Source: Candidatus Latescibacterota bacterium | Lineage (GTDB): Bacteria > Latescibacterota > UBA2968 > SICM01 | DNA length: 64,000 bases | NCBI GenBank assembly: GCA_965217865.1 | Contig: CBDCJO010000002.1 | Span: forward strand, 2,624,001 to 2,688,000 | Direction of reading: 5' to 3' | Shown: positions 21,341-29,668 of the stretch, one piece after another | How positions within the stretch are numbered: position 1 is the stretch's first letter | Layout of the letters: each line of letters starts with the position of its first letter | Notes under the pieces: generated by a model | The model's input: the letters and a program-made list of their open reading frames with translations, nothing else | What the model was told of the DNA's origin: nothing | Database searches by the model: none | Made by a program: the position numbers and the translations under genes

Positions 21341-24300
21341 AGGCATCCCCACAAATAGCCTGCTGAAGTCATCAACGAGTGGATCCTCCTCTTCCCCATC
21401 GGCAGCTCGCGCAAAGACGATCCCCGGGCGCTTCGCACGTCGCGCCCTTGCTAGCACGCCGTAACCCTTTGGCGCGCTTATTTCTCGCACTTCCTCAGCT
21501 TTCTTGCGTATCTCGAGTTGGACCCGCGCAAGCCCATTTCTCGCCCCGAAAACACGGGCAAAAACCTCTTCAGGCGTCAGGCCATCCCGCCAACCGTTGG
21601 GGATCGGAACAAGCTTTCCTTCCACGTCCGGTACGACCCCGCTGCCGCCCACGTATTGGCGAAGCTGGTGGACGCTACCGCGCGCCCCGCTTTTCGACAT
21701 CAGGATCACCTGTCCTATATTGTTGTCATCATACGCGCGAAAGCTCATCAACCGAGCCTCAACCTCCCCGGCAAAAGCCAGCCACTGATCAGGGTCGTTC
21801 TCCTCCGGTTGGGGTGGGAGATCCAAATCCTCCCCAATGAACGGGCTCACAGATGCACCCATCCCCTTTGCGACCTCGAAACCGAGCCGCATCAGCCGTT
21901 CGGAGGTTTCGAGGGCCTTTTGGCCCCCCTCGTGTTCAACGATGCGTTGCAGGGCGTTAATAAGGGTCCACCTCGTGATGATTCCGTCTTTTCTCCCCAC
22001 CTCGGCGCCCACGAGCTTCCCGATTTCCCCCCATCCTCTGGTGGAAAGACTCAACCAGGCAAGCCCGTACACCGCATCCATTCGGGGTGGAAGCAGATGG
22101 ATCAAATCGGGATCACGTTCAAGATGTGCGGCAACGGAAAGACGATCCCTCGCTTCCTCCTGCCCGGCCTGGGTGATCGGCAGGAAGACAGCGGCCTGAT
22201 CCCCGTCAAAGTCGGCGTTCATCATCTCGCATGCCAGAGGATGGAGGCGAATCACCCGGTCCGGATGCCGAACGGGACGAAATGCGATGAAGGACGTGGG
22301 CGAAAAGGTCGGTGCACGATATACGACCACCCACGAACGTTCCATAATCTTGTCGAGTGCTTTGCTCGCACGTTGACTGCGTTCACGCACCTCCTTCTCT
22401 CCTCCGAGCTCACGGATGACCAAAGGCCCGAATAAAGTCCAGGCGATCTCCTCAGCAAGCCCCACCTGATCGATACGCAGGTCTGGTCCTGGAACGATCA
22501 CCGTGCGTCCGCTGAAAGAAAACCGGCTGGCAAATTGCACGTGAGCGGGTGTGCGGAGGAAGCTCAAAGTGTCGCCAACGCCAAATTGCAAGTGGGAGGG
22601 AGTGAGAAGCACCTCGAAAAGGTCATTTACCCGGGCTTCGAGCTGGCCAACCGCATTCTCAGCCAGTGGATCCGGGGCCTGACTGTCGAGCATTCGTTCC
22701 AACCGCGCGTTGGCCTCCACCAGCGTCTTGAACTCAGGCAAATCCTTTAGCTCCCCCACCTCGGCCAGCGTGTGCTGACGAAGCCAGGGGTGCGGCAGCG
22801 GGCGCACCAGTTTGAGCGTCGCATCCTGAGGCCGTTCAAATCGGAACCTCAGCTTCCCATCCTGGAATTCAGCCAGGATGCCTGCGGCCGTCAGGCGCCG
22901 CACCAGGTCGGCGAATTTCGGAGCCGGGGGTCCAGCCTGCTCCACCACTCCGGTTGCAAGGCGCGTCGCGAGCCTCTCCGCATCGTCCCGGTCAGTCGCA
23001 AGCGTGTTGAAAACCTCCCGGACGGTCTCAAAGGCCTTCGCCTCACGCAGGGCCTGGTACTCGATTTCACCCACTCCTTGACACCTGCTTTTGTCCACCG
23101 AGGCGTGGATCTTGTTCCTGACGATGTGAAGGGTGCGCCCCCAGTAGACCCACCCCACCGTGCTCGGACGCTGAAGCTTCCGACCCTTGAGGGTGAGTGT
23201 CTCCATCCCGTCCTTTGTGAAACCCGCTTTCGTGAGGCGCGCGCGAATTTCGGCTTCATCCGGCGCCTTATACGGGGACACTACAGCCGGTTTCCCCTCG
23301 GCCTTCGCAATGCGGCCCATCACCGCCTCTCGAACCTGGCCAAAGTTCATCCGTGATGGGAGGCCGCAAACACTATAGATAAGTTCCACAGGCCTGCCGT
23401 CCGTCAGATGCGGCATCTCATCATCGGGAAGGATGCAGGACACCACCCCCTTGGCCCCGTGTCGGTTGCTTAGCTTGTCGCCCGGCTCAACGGGGTGGGG
23501 GAAGTTAAGTCTTTGGGCGCACGACTCGCTGATCACGACGGCATCTTCAAAAGTATTTGCATCCCAGGAGATGAAAGCGGTCAGAAGGCTGCGTCCACAC
23601 CAGAAGTCGGGTGCATCGGGTTCCGCACCGGTTTGAACATCAGCGGGTTCCGGATCCGGAGGGATCATCCACTGCCGCATCATGTTAGCCCCCATCAGTA
23701 GCCGGTTCGCATCGCTGTGTTCGATAAAGGGGATCATGGAGGCCGAGAGACCGAGGGCCGCCTCAGGACGATCATCGACAACGACCAGCCTCCCGTCGCG
23801 GATCTCGGCGCCATTTGCGATGGTAAGGATGCGGCCAATGTTAGGCCCCTCCGGCGTCTCAAAGGGGCACGTGCGGCCAAAGTGTCCGGGTGCCAGCACG
23901 TTTTCCCTGTCAGGTATGGACAGTCGTCGGAGAAACGTACGCCTGGCCAACCAGTTTGAACGATAGACAGGACCTTTCCCTTCAAGCTCATAGGCATTTA
24001 GATCAAAGAACTCCCGCACCCACGCGTCCAGAAGAAGCCACGTTCGGGCAAGCGGAGCGTCCCAGTGAAGGTTTTCTGGGGCTTCCCCCAGATGCGCCGC
24101 GATGAAGTCGTAGGCCTGTTCCCCGACGGAACGGATCTCAGCAGTCTCGAGCCTATCGTGAGAAGCGACAGGGGGCACCACCTGGCTTTCCCCATCGATC
24201 TCGAAGACCCCATCCGGATCCGGCTGCGGGATATCTTTGTAATCAATCTCTACCTCACTTTCTTTTCCTTGAAGAACGACCTTCACGTCACAGGTATAAG

Positions 24301-24424
24301 TGCCCGTCGACTTAACACGGTATCCAGCCAGAGGCAGCCGCTCACCCAGAAGTTGCGGCAGCCGTTTTTGAACAAACAGGTCCCACGACGCTTTATGCCA
24401 CGGGGCAGCATCGTTAGCGCTCAT
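21329..24424 (-). CDS. Miniaturised single-chain RNA polymerase beta/beta-prime fusion protein (1031 aa)
   Basis: RpoB motifs in order: IRSVGE, GRTCPFETPEGPNIG, IPFIEHSDANRLLMGANMMRQ, FEDAVVIS, PGDKLSNRHGAKGVVS, PSRMNFGQ, HIVRNKIHA, GEIEYQAL. Then RpoC motifs: clamp helices, FSGRTVIVPGP, RAPT, HPLACEMMNADFDGDQ, SGARGS..LRQ, GARNGL. One uninterrupted frame. Confidence 0.9.
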   Translation of the reverse strand: MSANDAAPWHKASWDLFVQKRLPQLLGERLPLAGYRVKSTGTYTCDVKVVLQGKESEVEIDYKDIPQPDPDGVFEIDGESQVVPPVASHDRLETAEIRSVGEQAYDFIAAHLGEAPENLHWDAPLARTWLLLDAWVREFFDLNAYELEGKGPVYRSNWLARRTFLRRLSIPDRENVLAPGHFGRTCPFETPEGPNIGRILTIANGAEIRDGRLVVVDDRPEAALGLSASMIPFIEHSDANRLLMGANMMRQWMIPPDPEPADVQTGAEPDAPDFWCGRSLLTAFISWDANTFEDAVVISESCAQRLNFPHPVEPGDKLSNRHGAKGVVSCILPDDEMPHLTDGRPVELIYSVCGLPSRMNFGQVREAVMGRIAKAEGKPAVVSPYKAPDEAEIRARLTKAGFTKDGMETLTLKGRKLQRPSTVGWVYWGRTLHIVRNKIHASVDKSRCQGVGEIEYQALREAKAFETVREVFNTLATDRDDAERLATRLATGVVEQAGPPAPKFADLVRRLTAAGILAEFQDGKLRFRFERPQDATLKLVRPLPHPWLRQHTLAEVGELKDLPEFKTLVEANARLERMLDSQAPDPLAENAVGQLEARVNDLFEVLLTPSHLQFGVGDTLSFLRTPAHVQFASRFSFSGRTVIVPGPDLRIDQVGLAEEIAWTLFGPLVIRELGGEKEVRERSQRASKALDKIMERSWVVVYRAPTFSPTSFIAFRPVRHPDRVIRLHPLACEMMNADFDGDQAAVFLPITQAGQEEARDRLSVAAHLERDPDLIHLLPPRMDAVYGLAWLSLSTRGWGEIGKLVGAEVGRKDGIITRWTLINALQRIVEHEGGQKALETSERLMRLGFEVAKGMGASVSPFIGEDLDLPPQPEENDPDQWLAFAGEVEARLMSFRAYDDNNIGQVILMSKSGARGSVHQLRQYVGGSGVVPDVEGKLVPIPNGWRDGLTPEEVFARVFGARNGLARVQLEIRKKAEEVREISAPKGYGVLARARRAKRPGIVFARAADGEEEDPLVDDFSRLFVGMPVKR

Positions 24425-25023
24425 TCCATCTCCTCCGATCCGGTTTCAAGGTCCTGCCATTCCTGCGCGATTCGCCTTCGTCCGTGATACAGGCGAGACT
24501 TGACGGTGCCCTCCGGAATGCCGAGCCTCTCAGCGACCTCTCGGACATCCATCTCCGCGTCGTAAATCATACGGAAGATATCACGCTTATCTTCTGGTAA
24601 TTCATCGATAAATTGCCGGAGCAGCTTGCCTTGCTCGGTCAGTTCCAGGAGGGCGTCCGGACCGAGGGTTGCGGCGTCTATCATCCAGCCGGGAGCTGAG
24701 CTTTCCTCATCATCGCTGGAATTCGGCAGGATTTCAAGGGGTTGCTCCCGTCGCCGCTGAACAGAGCGAAGGTGGTTGAAGGCCAGGTTGCTCGCGATGC
24801 GGAACAACCAGGCCCGAAAAGGGCCCTGATCGTTCCACTGCTCCGCACGGTTCCATACCCGCAGGAAAACCTCCTGCACCAGGTCCTCTGCCGCAGCCTT
24901 GTCCCGAACAAGCCGGGACAGATGTGAGAAGATCGCCTCGCTGTAGCGGTTGTACAGTTCCCTGAACGCGAACGCATCGCGCTTCAGAATCCGCTCTACG
25001 AGATCTCTATCGGCCTGCTCCAT
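24421..25023 (-). CDS. ECF-type sigma-70 factor
   Basis: Region 2 AEDLVQEVFLRVW...FRAWLFRIASN; region 4 EVAERLGIPEGTVKSRLYHGR; stop overlaps the next start (ATGA). Confidence 0.92.
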   Translation of the reverse strand: MEQADRDLVERILKRDAFAFRELYNRYSEAIFSHLSRLVRDKAAAEDLVQEVFLRVWNRAEQWNDQGPFRAWLFRIASNLAFNHLRSVQRRREQPLEILPNSSDDEESSAPGWMIDAATLGPDALLELTEQGKLLRQFIDELPEDKRDIFRMIYDAEMDVREVAERLGIPEGTVKSRLYHGRRRIAQEWQDLETGSEEME

Positions 25024-25042
25024 GAGGGCCCTCTATGGAAAA

Positions 25043-25069
25043 GGACACCGACGCAGTTCCTGAGGTTCA
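25043..25069 (-). promoter_or_regulatory. Putative ECF-type promoter upstream of the sigma gene
   Basis: Minus strand TGAACC-N16-TGTCC about 20 nt before the ATG; fits the generic ECF -35 AAC / -10 GTC pattern. Confidence 0.4.
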
Positions 25070-25245
25070 TTTCTGAAGGAATTTTTTGGCTTTGAGGGTA
25101 TGGTCTGAAAGTAAAGGAAGGACAGGGAATGGGACTCGTGAGGTAATGAATGGAGCAGAAGAAGGGTGACAGGCCGATTTTCCATCCTCCATATCACCCG
25201 ACGCTTACCTGTTCAGGACAAAAGCAGAGCCAGGCATGGGCAAGG

Positions 25246-25698
25246 CTATTCAGCAAAAAGTTCTGGAATATGTTCTTTTGTTAGGAATGTCCGGAGCTCA
25301 GGATCAACTTTGTCTATGCCCTTGTAAGTTATCCATGAAAAAGAAAAAAGTGCTCCAGTTTCAGCGCCCACGGTTCCAATCCACTCCCAGGTGTCAGGCA
25401 ACTCCGTTTCGGGAGTGAAAAGGTAGTCTGTTCGGTCTACATCCGCCTGGATGAACGGCTTGAAGTATCTTGTCGTGCCGATCTTTCGGATAAGCTGTAG
25501 ATTCTTGATCCCGGACTCCTCATAGGTTTCCCGGTGCGCGGCTTGAAGAGGCGTCTCATTGTCTTCAACGTTTCCTCCGGGAAGACGGTAAAACGCGTAG
25601 CCCACCGATTTAAGTTCTAGAACCAGCAACTGACATCTCCTATCATCACCATATCTGACGATTAACGCAAAGGCCTTCTGAACAAGGGGATGATTCAC
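25246..25698 (-). CDS. NUDIX hydrolase
   Basis: LPGGNVEDNETPLQAAHRETYEESGI Nudix box. Confidence 0.9.
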   Translation of the reverse strand: MNHPLVQKAFALIVRYGDDRRCQLLVLELKSVGYAFYRLPGGNVEDNETPLQAAHRETYEESGIKNLQLIRKIGTTRYFKPFIQADVDRTDYLFTPETELPDTWEWIGTVGAETGALFSFSWITYKGIDKVDPELRTFLTKEHIPELFAE

Positions 25699-25780
25699 AG
25701 GAGATGGAGGTAATCGTTTTGGGTTATCGGTGTGGGTGCGGACTGAATCAATAAAATAAGCGGTAATTTTGACACAGAAA

Positions 25781-25818
25781 GAAAAATCACCCCACCAACG
25801 TTGGGGGGGGTGATTCTC
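25781..25818. terminator. Hairpin, possible terminator downstream of ankyrin gene
   Basis: AATCACCCC-accaacgttgg..-GGGGTGATT inverted repeat with A-run on the left (U-tail on minus strand). Confidence 0.45.
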
Positions 25819-25892
25819 CGGGATCGATCGGCAACACGATTTTACACGCAGTTTGTGTGGGCTACTCCGCCATCAGTATTGGCTTGTTTTTC

Positions 25893-27579
25893 TCAAGATT
25901 TTGCGCCCGCCTGCCGAAGCATCTTCTCAAGTTCGTTGTGTCCACGTTTCTTGGCCCAGGCCAGAGGCGTTGCCCATGGCCGGTCGTCCGGAAGGTTGGT
26001 TTTTGCCCCACGTCCTAAAAGATGCTCAACCATGTCCTTTATGCCGCATCGGGCTGCCCACCCCAAAGGCGTTGAGCAGTATTCCTCGTCCCTGGCATTG
26101 ATATCTGCCCCGAATTCAAGAAAAAGGTCCGCTAGACCGATTCGTGTCTCATCAACGTTGCCATGTCTGGCGCAAAGGTCATGAAGGGGGGTCACCTGCT
26201 GCCAGTCCGGAAGATTCGGGTCCATTCCATGTTCCAATAACACACGTGTCATGTCAGGATTTGACCAGAGGTAGGTCCGACATCCAGTCACCACATCGGG
26301 GACACGAACGCCCCGCTTCAGAAGCATGTGCAGCATGTCCCAGTCACCTTTCTTAACAACCGCCGCAAATGCTCCACCACATCCCGACTTGCCGGCCCTC
26401 TCCGGATCTGAATCAGCCATGACAGCCATCGCGTCGAAATTACCCTCCCATACGTATCCGAAGGCATCCTGTCTTCCCCCATATCGATACATCAAATTTC
26501 TCATTTCCGTGGTTTTTGCCTGAGAGATACAGGTCCCACAAGAGTCTATATAGCTGTTGGGGGTCTGCCCCCTTTTCAAGCAGCATTTCTGCTATCTCCA
26601 GGTTGTTACAGTCTGATGCAGCGAGCAGAGCGGCGCCCTTCGGTGCGTATCGCCCTTCATGGAGTGAAGGGTCTGCACCGTGCTCCAGGAGCAATTTGGC
26701 AATTTCTGTATGGCCGTGCTCAACCGCGGACGACAGAGGCCGCTTCCCACAAGGCTGAGCATCGTTAGCCAGGGCGGGATTCTCCTTCAGGAGTACTCTT
26801 ACTCTTTCCAGATCACCGCAAACCGCCGCGACCGTGATTGAGTAACTGGCCCCTTTTGCCAGCAGATAGCCCACCATTTTCGGGTTATACCGCTTCATAA
26901 AGAAGGAACTCCCCCAAATCGCGAGATCGATCGGCTGGAATTTTTCTGCAACATACGTGTTCCCTGATGCCTGAACGGCGTCCAGTTCGGCCCCGTGATC
27001 AATCAGTAGACCGACAATGTCTATTCGTCCTGTCTTCACTGCAAGATGCAGCGGAGTACTCCCTTCTGCGTCGCGCAAGCCGACGACTGAGGGATCCTCC
27101 TGGATCAAGTCCTGTACCTGCTCCAGGTCGCAGGAAGACACCGCCTCGTGTATCCGGTGGGTTTTCTTAAGAGGCCCCCGCATTGATTCGATATATTTGG
27201 CCACTTCTTCGTGGCCACGATCGCGGGCTACGACCGTCAAGTCCTCTCCCCCGTGTCTTATAAATGTCGGGTCGGCTCCAGCCGCTATCAGAGTTTTGAC
27301 TGCTTCGAGATGCCCTTCTCGGACGGCGAAATGAATCGGTCGCGTGTACCAATATTCCGCACGCACGAGATTGGGATCGCGCTTCAAGAGTCGACGGATC
27401 TGCTCGACATCGCCGGCAATCGCCGCGCAAAGCATCTCCCAGATATCCGATCCGCGACAAGACCAGGATTGGATTAACCCTTCAGACTCTAACTCCCACG
27501 GTTTGATGATACGCATCACTCTGTCCGTAAATTCTGTTTTCCGAGAAGGTCGGTTACCGCTCAGATTGTCTCGTACCAT
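25893..27579 (-). CDS. Ankyrin-repeat protein, split by a single-base frameshift at 26559-26563
   Basis: Many ankyrin repeats (TRPIHFAVREGH, TPLHLAV, TPLGWAA, TPLAWA); removing one C from the C5 run restores GADPNSY. Confidence 0.8.
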
Positions 27580-27654
27580 TTCAACGGATTGTCTAGGGCG
27601 CTCCCTGAGCTGTCTTTCCGATCTCCGACCTCTATCTTTGCTCTCCTGCAACTG

Positions 27655-28632
27655 CTACCTGCTACTGCTACTGCTACTGTTTTTCCCGACCTCTGACCTC
27701 CGAACCCTGGCCACTGCCTTTTCCCCGTCTCCTCCAACCACCTTGGAAACCGCACTCACGTGATCCGGTGTCAATCCACAACATCCGCCGATTGCAGCAA
27801 CCCCGGATTCTACCCAGCCCTTGGCAAACCGGGCAAGCGTGTCCAATTCGATGTTCTCGAATTGCCAGTTGGGCATCTTGAAATAGCCGCTGTCCGGGTA
27901 CGCGTACACGGGCCCGCTGAATCGGGATGAAACAACCTCCAGGGCATCGGCAATCAGGTCACTCGGGGTGTGCATCAAACCCGCAGCCACAATCCCGGGT
28001 CGGTCGGCCAGTCCAACGATCTCCTCAAGCGAAAGATCTTCGTCAGACGCATATGACAAAACGCGACCATCCTCACCCCTTCGCGCCGAGAATCCCATCC
28101 AGACCGGAAGCCCGGTTTCCACAGCAGCGGCTGCAGCGATTTCGATCCGTTCCGGCAGGTACATCATCTCGAGTAAAATCAGGTCTACACCACACGCCTT
28201 CATCGTCGCCGTCATTTCGCCGAAGGTGTCTCGCAGTTGTTGGGCGGAAGGCTTCGGCATCCCCGGATACCCTTCCGTCCAATGGGAAAGGGACCCGGCC
28301 ACCGCGATCCCCTCGACACCGGCAAGCTCTCGAGCCCTATGTGCGATCTCGATAGCCGCTCGATTCACCTCATCAAATCGATCCCCGTACCCCGCCGCCT
28401 CCAGCATCGGCCTCGACGACGAGAACGTATTCGCCGTCACGACTCGAGCCCCCGCTCGCACGTAGTCGACGTGAATCTGCTCGAGCACATCGGACTGTTC
28501 GACGCTGGCCACCGCGCTCCAGGCAGCGTGATCCATCGACACGCCCCGCCGTTCCAATTCCGTCCCGATACCGCCGTCCAGAACAATCAGTTCTTTGGCG
28601 TCCAGCTTCTTCTGAATCGATTCATACGACAT
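27655..28632 (-). CDS. Homocysteine S-methyltransferase family protein
   Basis: LDGGIGTELERRG, HVDYVRAGA, IGGCCG zinc motif; C-terminus reads into an intergenic repeat. Confidence 0.88.
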   Translation of the reverse strand: MSYESIQKKLDAKELIVLDGGIGTELERRGVSMDHAAWSAVASVEQSDVLEQIHVDYVRAGARVVTANTFSSSRPMLEAAGYGDRFDEVNRAAIEIAHRARELAGVEGIAVAGSLSHWTEGYPGMPKPSAQQLRDTFGEMTATMKACGVDLILLEMMYLPERIEIAAAAAVETGLPVWMGFSARRGEDGRVLSYASDEDLSLEEIVGLADRPGIVAAGLMHTPSDLIADALEVVSSRFSGPVYAYPDSGYFKMPNWQFENIELDTLARFAKGWVESGVAAIGGCCGLTPDHVSAVSKVVGGDGEKAVARVRRSEVGKNSSSSSSR

Positions 28633-28705
28633 GCCAAAATCTTCCGCATAAATAGGGTAAGAATATATTAGGACGTCTGGTCCCTTAAGAAGCATTCCCT
28701 CAGCA

Positions 28706-29563
28706 TCACGCTTCTTCAGGGACGAATGGAGCGATCATCTTTCCCGGTCGCCTCGTTTGCTCCTCGAGAGGCGTACTGGCCCTCTCGAAGTCCAGGTCGG
28801 TCACCGGGAGATGCGAGTGGACAAGGGGCTCGTAAAGCTGGAACGCCTCCACGTACGGCAGCCTCGCGTGTACCCCCCACTGGAAACCCCGGACCTCCGT
28901 CACCTTTCTCCCGAGAGCGCCATCGTAGAACTGACTCTTTAACCTATCCATTGCCTTCACCTTCCGCACAACCACATCTTCGATGTCGATCAGGACGTGC
29001 GGGAACCGGGGACGAGCATAGTCGAGGATACTGGTCGTTCCCCCGGTGGCCTCGAAATAGACCCTGAGGGCCCGGAAGGGAGGCCTCTTCTCTCCTGGCA
29101 TCACCTCTTTGGCCCTCCGCAAGGCCAAGAGCGTCATCTGTCCGCAGAGTGCGTGCTGGTCGGCGACCCTGCTCTGCTCGATCGGACAATGCGTGATCAC
29201 GATATGGGGCCGCACCTCCCTGACCAGATCAGCCAGTTTCAGGACGATCCGCTCACTCACCTGCAGAAATGCGTCGTCGTATTTCAGAAAGCGGGCATCC
29301 TCTATACCCAGAATCGCAAGGCCTTCTTTTATCTCATTCTCTTTTACCTCTATGCCGGCCTTCACCTCGTCCTCTGTGATCGGCGCCTCCCGCTCTCGTT
29401 CCCGAGCCATGAGCGCCCAGTTGTGCGACTTCACGCCGTGTGTGAGAATCGCCACAGTAACACGGTCCCCCCGATCGGCGTGCTTTGCCATTGTACCGCC
29501 CACGGCGTCAAACGCATCCGCGGGGTGACAGGCCACCGCCAGGACATTCAGATTCTCTTCCAT
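28706..29563 (-). CDS. PIG-L family deacetylase/hydratase
   Basis: AVACHPADAFD..GGT, VRPHIVITH, DQH, KVKAM...SQ, EAF. Confidence 0.85.
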   Translation of the reverse strand: MEENLNVLAVACHPADAFDAVGGTMAKHADRGDRVTVAILTHGVKSHNWALMAREREREAPITEDEVKAGIEVKENEIKEGLAILGIEDARFLKYDDAFLQVSERIVLKLADLVREVRPHIVITHCPIEQSRVADQHALCGQMTLLALRRAKEVMPGEKRPPFRALRVYFEATGGTTSILDYARPRFPHVLIDIEDVVVRKVKAMDRLKSQFYDGALGRKVTEVRGFQWGVHARLPYVEAFQLYEPLVHSHLPVTDLDFERASTPLEEQTRRPGKMIAPFVPEEA

Positions 29564-29668
29564 TTACGCCTCCAATATGCAAATAGGTTTCCTTCGCAAT
29601 TCCATTACCAATATCTTCAATTTGCAGCCGGCAGGACTCTGATATTGGCATTGACCGTTTTCCAGGGA

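Noticed and set aside
21329-24424. Interpretation as the housekeeping rpoB/rpoC or as a decayed pseudogene
   Set aside because: Far too short, no ribosomal-protein context, single unbroken frame with catalytic motifs kept and whole domains cleanly removed; no rpoB/rpoC symbol assigned.
25246-27579. NUDIX and ankyrin genes as part of the mini-RNAP operon
   Set aside because: Same strand but separated by gaps of about 200 bp, a hairpin and a separate candidate promoter; linkage unsupported without synteny data.
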